A stretch of 43,476 nucleotides of DNA from Catajapyx aquilonaris (Eukaryota). The translations under genes and the position numbers were made by a program. The first letter of the stretch is position 1; every line of letters begins with the position of its first letter. The notes beneath the pieces were generated by a model that saw only the letters and a program-made list of their open reading frames with translations, made no database searches and was not told the origin of the DNA. The stretch is taken from the NCBI GenBank assembly GCA_000934665.2, contig KZ538872.1, positions 1 through 43,476 of the forward strand, given 5' to 3'. Positions 21,628-33,600 of the stretch are shown one piece after another.

Positions 21628-24600
21628 GTGGGTAGTGCATGGGCTGTAGATGATTACTAAATTTAAGGGAAGTGTGCATGTCCAGTACAACAGCCAGCCC
21701 TCATTTTTCATTGTTACTATCACCAACAGTGCTATGTTACACTAGAGGTGTTGTGTTTTCTACAGTTCGAAAATAGTGGAACTCCCACTATACAGGGTGT
21801 TTCCTGTAACTCGTAAAGACTTGCAGGGGTAATATAGGGGACCAAGGCAAGTATTTTTGACATAGGAACCTGTGTCCGGAAACACCATCTAGAGGGGGTT
21901 CATAGACAAGGAACGGGTGCACTCAAGCGCGTCACACGGGAGGCACTAGGCGAATGGACACGGGTTCCTATGTCGAAAATACTTGTCTTGGTCCCCTCTA
22001 TTACCCCTGCAAGTCTTTACAGAGTTACAGGAAACACCCTGTATACTGGCCTTGCATGGAGCGCCTGACAGCGTTCTTTCATTTGCCTTCATTCCACTTA
22101 CCATCGCTTTTTCTTACTGCATTTTTTCCCCCCCCCCAGTAAGTCTTTACTTTTTTTTGTTATGCCCTACAAAGCTTGACAGTCTGCTGCCTGGCATTTC
22201 TCATTTCTCATGTCACATCTGGCAGAAGAGTGGTGGCAAATCTTTGCATAAAGCACTCGTGATAAGTCAGCTAAGGTTCTGCTTCATGAAATGGAGATGT
22301 CAGCAAGTATGCAATATGCAGTCTCTCTATGGTACGTCTTGTAACTAATAACACTAGCTACTAGGAGAGTATTCGGAATCAAAAGTACAACATGAGTGGA
22401 ACTTTTGCCTGAAGATTGGAGACGCAAAGTGTGTGCCTCAATATTGCATTCTGTGAGGTATCATCTGTGGTTTATTGTTGTGTGACTTAATATTTCGTGC
22501 TTGATTTCTTGACTTCCTGTCCCAGTCAAGCAGAAGAATAGTTTTTTATTGGAGATGGGAGAGTAGCAAGAAGATCTTTGGCAAGGCTGACTTTCTTGAT
22601 GCTTTTTCAGGTGCCGAGGAACGGATATGTGCTTTTGCTTACCAGAAAGTACATCAGATGGCTGTACAGCACCCAGATGACGAAGATGCACACAGCACAT
22701 TGTTGAAGGTAAAGAAAATTGAATGATTTGAGTGATGTGTTGGGATGAATTTTATATAATACCAATGGATTTCAGACTATTTGTTATGTTTGTGCTAATT
22801 AAAGTAGAGAACTCAGATTCCATATGACAAATTACACAATATGGCTTGCCTTCCTGCTACATGCAACAGTTGCCCCTGAAATGCAATGTTACAATAGAGT
22901 CATGATTAACTGATCTTGAATTATTCTGTGGTTTCAAAAGTATGTCTTGGCAATCAGTGCTGCATTTAATTTAAAACCCATATTTAACATTACTTTGTGA
23001 AATATGAAACCTATTTTATTTACAAATGGATGTTGCACTGTTTGCAATGCGCTATTGGAATGCGAAACTTTTTTCACATCACTCGTGACATCCTCTATTT
23101 ATTGGCTGGGACTAACCGACAGAGTGACAAGCTTCAAGGCAGCCAGATCTTGCCTCTGTCTCCGCGATTTGCAGTGCGGTTGCAAAAAATTATGTCATGA
23201 GTTGTGTGAGAAAAGCTTTGTGTTCCAATTGCATGTTACAAACGGTGTGATGTCCATTTGTGAAGCAGGCTTAATTCATCAAGTGATAGTTATCTTTTTT
23301 TTGTTAGTGCTTCTGCAGAATAATGACCAATAGACCTGATTCTGGGTCTGATTCCTGAGGGCCTTAGTTGACTCAGTCTCCTCTGCACTCGTTTATTACA
23401 TTTGCAGTTTGTTTCATGATCCCCATACCTACTGTTTTTGTATTTTACAATATGGTTAGTAATCCAGTACAACTCTTTCTGTTGGAAGATTAGGAGTTGA
23501 CTGGACATTGCTACTATTCATGAACATAAAATTAAACGAAAGATTGTGCCCTTTTTTTCGTTGTGTTGTTTTGCGGTCTCTCAATTCTCATGTCACTTTA
23601 TCTATAATATTAAAATCCTTTGTTGTATGGTAATGCCTTCTGATTGGTCCGCCTCATATTGTTACCATGACTCTTTCAATTGGTCCCCTCACACAACAAT
23701 ATGAGTAAGCAGTCTCCTTTCGTTGACGCTGTTTACTCATATTTATTTATTTATTTATTTAATCAAGATGCATGGCAGTGCATCCGCCAAGTGTAAGCCA
23801 CTTCCACTGCCACTGACCCAGACTAGCCCTTTCTCTCCCTTATTACTCTTACGTCTCGTACTACCGTGCATCCTTTACTGGAGCTCACTCGCTCTCTTCA
23901 CTTAGGCATTTTCTTGTCTGATTCCTATATATAATTATATACAGGGTGGTCGGTAAATGGCGCACAAGCTTCAGGTAGCGAGATTCCTTGTGAAAAACCA
24001 GTATATGGAAGTGAAGGTCATATTGCTCTACGAGGCCTGGTTAGGGCTCACGAGGCCTCCAAAGGCTCATGACGTCACATCCGCCGGCGAAATTCAAACA
24101 CTTTCGTATCGCTACCTTACGCTGTGTGTTGCTAGGAGTTGCCATGCTGACATCCCCCACATGTTCACCAAACAATGGAACCATATAAACACGCGAGACC
24201 TTGCCAGATGTTGCCATACCATCATATAAACTCATCGGGACGACGGTATGGCAACGTCTTCGTGAGTTTATACTGTTCCATTGTTTGGTGAACATGTGGG
24301 GGATGTCAACATGGCAACTCCTAGCAACACACTGCGTACGGTAGCTATTAGGCCATGTTCCAGATGTTATCATTCTAGGGTCCTTTGATGGGGGATGGAA
24401 ATTAACAACATGTCCTATACCACCGCAGGCCTAGAAAAAATCAAGCGAAGCGAGGGTTTTTCTAGTAATGTTTTAAAAGACTAAGGGGTGAATGGAAGGG
24501 AGCGTAGTGCCTGGCCCTTCATATGACCCATTGAACATGACATTGGGTAGAGATGCATGCTATTTTGATTTTTCAGTGAAATTCTTGAATATTTTTAATG

Positions 24601-27600
24601 CTGAATGATTACTTTTGTAATGTGGTGATTATTAGTCATAATGCTGGACAAGCTGTTCACTTGTTGTGTTAGTCAGGTTGTGTAGGTCTAGCACCAATGG
24701 AGTGGAGTAAAACTCTAAAAGATTTTATTTTTATTTCACAGGACCAAGTACAGCGAAGCCAAAAATGCCCAAAGGATACTGATTTTTGCTATGCATTATG
24801 GCAAGAAGAGGTGATAGATAACAGGACTGTCATTAAAATAGTTGCGCAAGGTATGTTGAGCTCACCAAGAATAAATACTGATATTTTTTAAAACCCTTGT
24901 CACTCCATGAGAAATGTTTGTACAAGAGAAAAAGACCCAAGGAACCACACTTAAATGATATTGGGAGTTACAAGTGATTTAAAATTGAGCCTACTGTCCT
25001 GTAGCATAAATATGATATTCAGAATGTGGGTGTGTGTCAACAAACCATTGGCATGCTTAGGTGTACAGGGTTATCGGAAAAGAATGTCCCAATTTAAAAA
25101 CCCTATAACTTGAAAACTTGTATACATATCTTTGTCTTGAAATGCTAAGAAGTGTCGAAAGTTTTTGTTTCATCTTATTTTGTTTCGATATGAGCTTCAT
25201 ATCTCGCTCAGCAGATTTAAAAGGCGATAATCGGTGTCCTGCCAAACACGCTCAATCACATCTGGAGTTACTGTTGTGATCCTATCCCGTAGGTGCTGGA
25301 GTTGAAGGGTCTTTACACCACACACATTGTTCTTGATGATGCACATAAAAAGACACCTCATCCATGAAACAAACCTGCCATAGGAGTGTTTCATGTGTTC
25401 AGACCCACAGCGTGCGAAGTCTTGAATGAGAAGTTTCCCTATGCCAAGCCTCACCAGAAACCCAGATCTTAGCCCAATGGACTTTTCTGTGGAGACACAT
25501 CATACATGTATGGTGAAACGATTCGGCATGTCCAGCACACATGGGATAAGATTTCAATGGTAACGCCAGACAGGCCTGAGCGGGTTAGGCACGGCACCGA
25601 TTACCGTATTTACATTTTCCGAGCAACAAATGGAGCTCATATCAAAACAATCTATGGTGTGACAAAAACTTTAGACATTTCTTCGCATTTCAGAACTTAA
25701 ATCATTTAGATAGGCTATGTCTACAAGTTTTCGAGTTAAGGTTTTAAAATTGGGACATTATTTTTCGATGACCATGTATTTCAGTATAGTTTTTATTTTT
25801 AAAATTTTTTGTTACCCCGTGATAGGGCTCGTGGCCCTCTTCGGGGGGAAGGGGAAGTTCCCAAGGGAGGGCGCCATGCGATAGCCATTTCTGACATTCT
25901 TTAACACTAGGCCTTTTCTCCTGGCCCCGAGCAGAGAAGGGAATGCAGTTCTGCTCCGGCATGTCGGGTGAAAAGCGGAAATTGACCAGGCCAAGCAGAG
26001 GTGACGGGGATGGGATTTGAACCCCGGCCTCCCACTTGGCTGGCCAGTGGCGTAACCACTAGACCACCATGCTGCCCGGTATTTCAGTATATTCCTTAGG
26101 ACTTCTTTCTCGTGTGCAAGCCATCCCCATGGAATTGAAACAGTAGGGGACAGTATCAATATTGATGCATTTTCAGGCTGCTGGGAGGACTCAGGTAGTG
26201 TGGATTGTGATCGTACTGAATGCATTTCTGACAAGAAACCAAGGAAAGCCTTACAACTGAGCAATAGTAAATATTGCTGCTGTTCAGAAAACATGTGCAA
26301 CCTGAACGTAACAGATATATACGTTCCGACATCAGAAGTACCTGTCATTATTCCTGGTGAGTATGGAGTATGGGCTGATGTACTCTTTAATAAAATTTCA
26401 TTTTCACTATTTTAAAGCTATCCTGGAAGGAAAAGCAATGCAGAAGGAAATGGTCATCATCATTGCAGCTTCCCTGTTCTCGATTCTGGTCATTGGTGTC
26501 CTGTCATTTGTGATATGCCGCATTTTCTTCTGTTCGCACAAGCCTGCTCCAGATGCTGTGCATCTCATGGAGTCTTCTCTTCTACAACACACTTACAGCA
26601 TGGAGACTCTAAAACTCTCAGAAATGATTGGTGAGTACAAGTCTGTATAATCCTTGAGAATCACTGGCCTTTATGCTAATAACTGTTCTGCATTGATAGG
26701 TAGGGGACGTTATGGATCTGTGTGGAAGGGCACCCTTCATGACAACGATGTGGCAGTTAAAGTTTTTCCTAGTCACCATGGCCAGTACTTTGTGAATGAA
26801 CGGGAGATATACATGCTGCCATTTATGGATAATTCATCTCTGCTGACATATTATGGTAAAATGAATGTGGTAGACAGGAAGATGTCACAATGCTTATACA
26901 AATTTTTGCTCCAATAGGTTCAGATGAACGAGTTACCAGTGATGGTGTTACAGAATACTTGCTAGTTTTGTCACATGCTCCACATGGAAGCCTGATGGAA
27001 TACCTGCAGGGTCATGCATTGGACTGGCCTACTTTTTGTAAAATGAGCCAGAGTATTTCCAAAGGATTGGCACATTTGCATACTGACATGCGAAAAGGAG
27101 GTACAGTACCATTTACAATTAATGTATCAAGAACAAGCATCCCATAGTCATAGTGGGTTAGGTTAAGCATATAAAAGCCCACAAAATGTGTAGTGAATGG
27201 AACAGATGATGCATTTGCTGGTTTAAAAACCTTGTCCTGCTCTTAAATCCTCTCATGATCCGATCTTAAAGAATTAAAGAGCTGAAGAGAAGTATGATTG
27301 TTATTTCAAACAGGTTACTTCTTTTAAACCCTTTATCTCCCGCTGTCTGGAAAATTGGGACAACGAAAAAATCGCCATATCTCGATGGTCAAGGTCACGA
27401 TGTTGATGGCTGAGATGTTGTCGGAATCGTTACAATATAAGATGCATGTGACATTTATTTGATGTTTTTAAGTCAATGACTTTGTTATAAAATATCGACA
27501 CGAAATTTTTAAAAAATAATAATAATTTCGTGCCGTTATACTGGGTGAAGGGAAGCTAGTGCCAAATCGCCAGGTAGTCTTATAGTACTCGTAAAACTAA

Positions 27601-30600
27601 TATAGGGATGTGCAATTAGTTTTGGACGCCGTTGCATAGTTAATGCGTACAGCGCCGTCAAAGTTTCGTGACATCACATACGTTCCACCAGTTATAAATA
27701 AGCAAAAGCGGGGATGTGCGGTGGCGGAGATGGTAACGTCTCGGCTTGCTGAGTGAAAGGTCCCAGGTTCAATTCCCGCTTGGGAGTTAGTTCCCTTTCG
27801 GCTGCGTCAGGAGGGTCTCTGACCTGCACCTTGGAGGTGTCTGGCTACCTAACCTTCTGGGGGACTGCACATGGCCCGACATCCGGCATTGCACCTGCAC
27901 AAGTGTCCACTCCCCAACAATCCCTATCCCTACCCCACATCCCGAAGTCCTTGCACGGTGATTGAAGAAAAGAGGAAAATGATTCTAAATGGTGGTAATA
28001 CACCCCTCTACAGACCCTTATCAGGTTGTCATGGGGTAATAGAAAGAGAGAGAAAAAGAAAACGAAAAAGCCAGCTCCAGAGCCTCCGAACAATCCAGCT
28101 TTGGGTCCATAACACATCGTCCGTGTGCAATATCAAATCCTGTCAAAGTAAGAATCTGGGTAAGACACCCATGCACTTGTCATTTTCACCTCATATTTTC
28201 CCATCCGACCCTGTACACTTTAAAGGTGCTGTACGCATTAACGTAATTGCACCAAAAACTAATTGCACATCAAACAGGTTCAAGGACTTCAAGGGCGTGC
28301 ACCTGTCAGTCCCCGCCACTCGATTTGATCAAAAAGTAGGATGTGACGTCACGCCGTACGGCCGTAATAAATAAATAGATTCCTGGCGTATTTTTAATTG
28401 TTTTATAAAACCGACCGGGGTTGTCGCCACCTACGATTTTTCCCCACCCCCCCGCGCGCGCTTGACCCGTGACTCTGATACACCCTGTATACCAGTACAT
28501 TGCTACCCCCATGAGCTAAGCTGATCTCCCCCACCGAGGGGGGTTGGCCACGTTTGGAGCTAGAGTCAAGTGCCAGTACAGGTGGCGCCTTACCTAGCAG
28601 GGCAATTCTGAACCATTAGGGTCGACTCCGATTGGCTGGAGTCTGAGAGGCCTCATGTGGGGAGCCATGTTGTTGCCAAGGAGGCCTTTCAGACTCCAGC
28701 CAATCGGAGTCGACCCTAATGCTCCGCTAGGTGAGGCGCCACCTGTACTGGCACTTGACTCTAGCACCGAACATGGCCAACCCCCCTCAGTGGGGGAGAT
28801 CAGGGAAGCTCACGTGAAACGAGGGCGAGTGTCTGGGGTCTGACTTGAACAGTGCATCATCATGTATACAGTATGGAATTGAAACCTGTCCACACCATTA
28901 TGTTAGAGTGAAGAGAGTGATGACAGGACCTGTTTCTCCACTGTACAACCCTATAACACAGTGGTTCCCAACCTGTGGGTCGTGACCCCGATTATTTTTA
29001 TAAATAAATAACTCAAATTATAAAATAAATAAAATAAATTTTATAGGACATAATAATAATAATAATAATAATAATAATAGATACCCCGTGATAGGCCCCT
29101 TGGGCCTCTTAGGGGATCATCTTTTGAATTACCCACTTTAATCATTTGCCTGAAATGTGATGGATTTTGATAGTGGGAGGAAACGGGAGAACCCCGAGAA
29201 AACCCACGCGAACACGGAGAGAACCCATCGAAACTCTATCCACATAAGTATCCTCCGTCCGACCCGGGGATCGAACTCGGGACCTTAGAGGTGGAAGGCT
29301 GCGGCGCTAACCACTCCGCCACCGTGTCGCCCTTTTATAGGACATTATTTCCTTCACGAAGGGTTTTTTCAACACCTACTAACACTGGGGGGGTGGGGGG
29401 TCCCGTGGGTTACTTGACTATCATAAGAGGGGGTTGCGACCCGAAAAAGGTTGGGAACCACTGCTGTAACACTATATTGTACAACTGGTGTGGGAGGAGG
29501 ATTACTGGTATGCATGGGGAGTGGCACAGTAGGCATTCTGACACTGGAATTAATTTGAATTGTGAATTTCTAAGACAAAATGCTTCCAACACCCTCTTTT
29601 TAAGACTGTGTTTAATCATAGTTTATATAGTTTGGAATTATAATTTATTTTCAGATATCTTAAAGCCCAGTATCAGCCACCGAGATCTGAATTCTAAAAA
29701 TATTCTGGTAAAGGCTGATCTTTCTTGCTGCTTGTGTGACTTGGGCTTTGCCATGAAGATTGCTGGGTCCAAATATTACTACAATGGAGAAGAACAACAT
29801 GCAGAAACCAAGTCTCTGACTGATGTAAGTATGGGGTAATTCGCAAGGTTATGAGGAAACCGCATCTGGTGTATATCCATTGTACTAGATGCTTGCTGTA
29901 TTACCAACCTAGAGAGAGAAATTTATCATCATGCTGTACGTCAACTCAGAGGATTTATGTTGGCAGTATATATAAGCGCTTAAAAGTATTTAAAGAATTC
30001 TTCCCCATTGACATGACATAATGTCAATTTGCATCTCAGGGTTGGTAATACTGCACATAGCACCTAAATAGTGGACTGGGTTTACACTGGGTCCAGTTTT
30101 TTTGTGAACCAATGAGTGCCATGTACAGGCCCTTCTGCAGGTCTGGATTGAGCAGCATGCAAGGTTCGATTCTGTTCAACTTTTAGAACTGTAACTGTCT
30201 CATCTAAAGAGAATGTAGCAGTCTCAAATTATATACAGGGTGTTCCTGACTAGTATTTATTTTTATTATTACGTTACCCTGTGATAACGCTTAGCCTTTT
30301 TAGGGGGGTGGTATACCACCATTTTCACTCCTTAACTTCATACACCGGTGCAAGGAGACAAGGATGTAGGGTAGGGATAGGGATTTTTGGGGAGGGAACA
30401 TAGGTGCAAGTGCAATGTCGGTAAAGGGGTCATGTGCTGTCCCCCAGGAGGTTAGGTTGCCAGACACCTCCTTGGTGCAGGTCAGAGACCCTCCTGACGC
30501 AGGTGAAAGGAAAGTTCCCCAGGCGGGGATCGAACCTGGGGCCTTTCACTCAGCAAGCCGTGACGTTACCATCACGGCCACCACACCTCCCCTTCCTGAC

Positions 30601-33600
30601 TAGTATGTCAACCTGAAGTCAGTATGTTCTTTGGACCAAAACGAGTCGAAAATGAAGGGGGAGAAATGCTGAGTGACCAACCGTTAACGAGGTAGACGAC
30701 CAGAAACATTGGTCAGTGGTTGCCTTAGGCTTAGGGAGTAGAATATGAGCGGTGATAATCACGTCTGTGAAAGAGGTGACCTCGCAAATCCCAACAGTCA
30801 CGATTATCATGCTCATATCCTGCTTCTTGGGAAACCACTGGCCAATGTTTCTGGTTGTCCACCTTGTTAATGGGTGGTCCCTGAACATTTCTCCCCCTTA
30901 CATTTTAGACTTGTTTTGGCCCAAGGAATATGCTGACAGGTTGACCGACTAGTAAGAAACACCCTGAATATAATGCTTGTACAAATAAATGGCAACATTG
31001 CTCTGTTGGGGTAAAAATTGCACAATATCATCACAAACTCCGTAAAGGTGTGTACCCAACCTCGCAAGAAATGGCCATAGCAAAAGCATGACCGAGAATG
31101 GCAAGCCAAATCTCGAACCCTAGTGGTTCATGGCTTGTCACTCAGACGGAAAAGTCTGGGTTTTGCACAAAAACTCTTTCTCTTGTGAGCTTGGGAACAT
31201 GGCCTAAGAGGCATTGCGGTGTAGTGGTAGATTTCATGCCTCCAGATGGAACGGTCCGTGATTAATAGCAAGTCTGTCATTACCCCCATCTCATTCATTG
31301 CTGTTGGATTGTCTCTGGTTCAAGACATTCTGGGTATACTAACCATCTGGAGGAAAGGGTACAAAATAAGAATAATAATCCGGGTAGTGCTTTCACCCTC
31401 ATGGGGTATATCGCACGGACCTTTATTATTATCGTCTTGTACATGGTTACAAATAGAACCTTTGGGCCCTGTCAGGGTGACTAGATTTTATTAATTATTA
31501 ATTTTACATGTCTTTTTTTTTAGGTTGGGACATTGAGGTATATGGCCCCAGAAGTGCTGGAAGGTGCAGTCAACTTGCGTGATTGTGAATCCTCTCTAAA
31601 GCAAATTGATATTTATTCATTGGGATTGGTGTTGTGGGAGCTTGCCACCCGTTGTCCTGACCTTTATGAGAGAGTGCAAGCTCTGCCTCCACATCGACTG
31701 CCATTTGAATTGGAAATAGGTATGATCACCATTGGTTCTTCATCAAATTTTGTGTATACCACTGAATCTCATTAACCAATTAAAAATCTTATAAATTTGA
31801 AAGAGGACTGAAGGTACTGCATGTCCCAATTACAGTTTGGCCTTTGTAGTGATTCTAGACATCTAGAGGCTTAATGTAAAAAAATGCACTGAATTTGTGG
31901 GACTGTAAGCCAGGCTGTGATGATGTAACTACAGTTGAACTGAAATTTCAAGGGCGAGGGTTAGAACTCCCACGAGTAATCACTTAAAGTTCTTCCCTGA
32001 TTTGTTAATAACCTAGAATTGAAAAGTGCTTGTATTGATATTTTAACCTGGTATTTACTTCTAATATTGTACAGGGTGTTACACTTCCGAAATCATCACT
32101 CGAGAAGTGTGACAAATGTGACAAATGTGACAATGTGACAAATGTGACATGGAAGTGTGACAAATTTTTACCGTCAGCAGTTAGAGGACATGATTTTGCA
32201 TGGGTGAGTCAAATTAGGTCTCCCTCATGCACTCCGCACATGCACAGGAGTCAGCGGAAGAAAGTGACGTGCTCCATAAGCACTCGAGTCAAAGGACGTC
32301 GACGAAAGATGAAGTGAGGGCGTTATTTGCATGTTCCATGTCATTGTCCAGACAACTATGCATGTGAATCATGGCTTCCACACATTTGACCTTCACTTTT
32401 GTTGCTGACGTCGACGGCCTTTCAGGCTGCTGCTCCTCTGCCATCCTGTCACAGTCGTCATGGAACTGCTCACACCATTGCCGAACCATTTGCTGTGGGT
32501 CACTGAATACAGCCAGTTGTCTGTACGATGATGTGGAACTCGCGTATGACTGCCAGCACTTCATCATTCGTCCACATCGCTTGACTCAAGTGCTTATGAA
32601 GTGGGCACGCTCTGTGTGAAAGTCGCTTGCTTCCGCTTACTCCTGCGCATGTGCAGAGTGCACGAGGGAGGCCAAATTTGACTCACCCATGCAGAATAAT
32701 GTCCTCTAACTGCTGATGGTAAAAATTTCTCTCTTACAAGGCTTTCGGAAATAATCATTACACAAAACTTATTTAGGAATGACCCTCATATGAAGAAAAT
32801 ATTACATCTTACAAGTCAAGAACACCGTTCCAACTTTTTATAAACAATGACCCCTCCTGAATGAGGTCCATTAGCAAAAGGCAACCTGTCGTAAAAGAGT
32901 TAAGGAACTAAAGTAATGTGTCATTGAGTGTGGTTAAATAAACTTTTGTTTCCTCTTAAAGGGACAGTCCAATATTGAGACAAGTTGGTCTCTGAAAATT
33001 GTCCCAAAATATGATTTCTGACGGTGCAGTCCATTTTTATCTCATCCTAATGGTAACCCTAGGGCGAGAGGTCAGATTCATAACATCGTAGTCTCCCACT
33101 CAGCGAGTGATGATGCCTGGTGGCAAAAAAAAAACCTAGCGGACAGACGGCAAACCACAGATGTGTATGGCCGTAAACGCTATTTTGTAGCAGCAAGTAA
33201 CTGCTAATGACACGTCCCGAAATTTCGAAAAAACCGTTTTATTGTGCATTCCTACTATTGGAGTCTGTCTTCACAGTCCTGGTGAAGATGAAGATGAAGT
33301 CAATCATAAGTGCCTTAAAGTTGAATATGATGATATGCAGTCCATTGCCTACTACTGGAGTTGGGCCCTTTGGCAACTGACTGGATGTAAATCAGATTGT
33401 GATTAATGTTAATAATAATTAACATAGGATGGAAATAAAACTGGCCACACCTTTCTTTGTAGTACAGTGTTGGTCATATATTGAGGCAACCGCGAGCGAC
33501 ATTTTCCGAAGCGGCAGAAGGAGGAATCTTGTTCGCCCGGCTTGTAGTATGCTTATCTTCGATTCCTTCTTCTGCCGCTTCGGAAAAATGTCGCTGGCGG

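Noticed and set aside
29291..29654. Long N-terminal part of the 182-aa ORF
   Set aside because: It reads through SINE/hAT and intron sequence; only 29655-29824 is exon.
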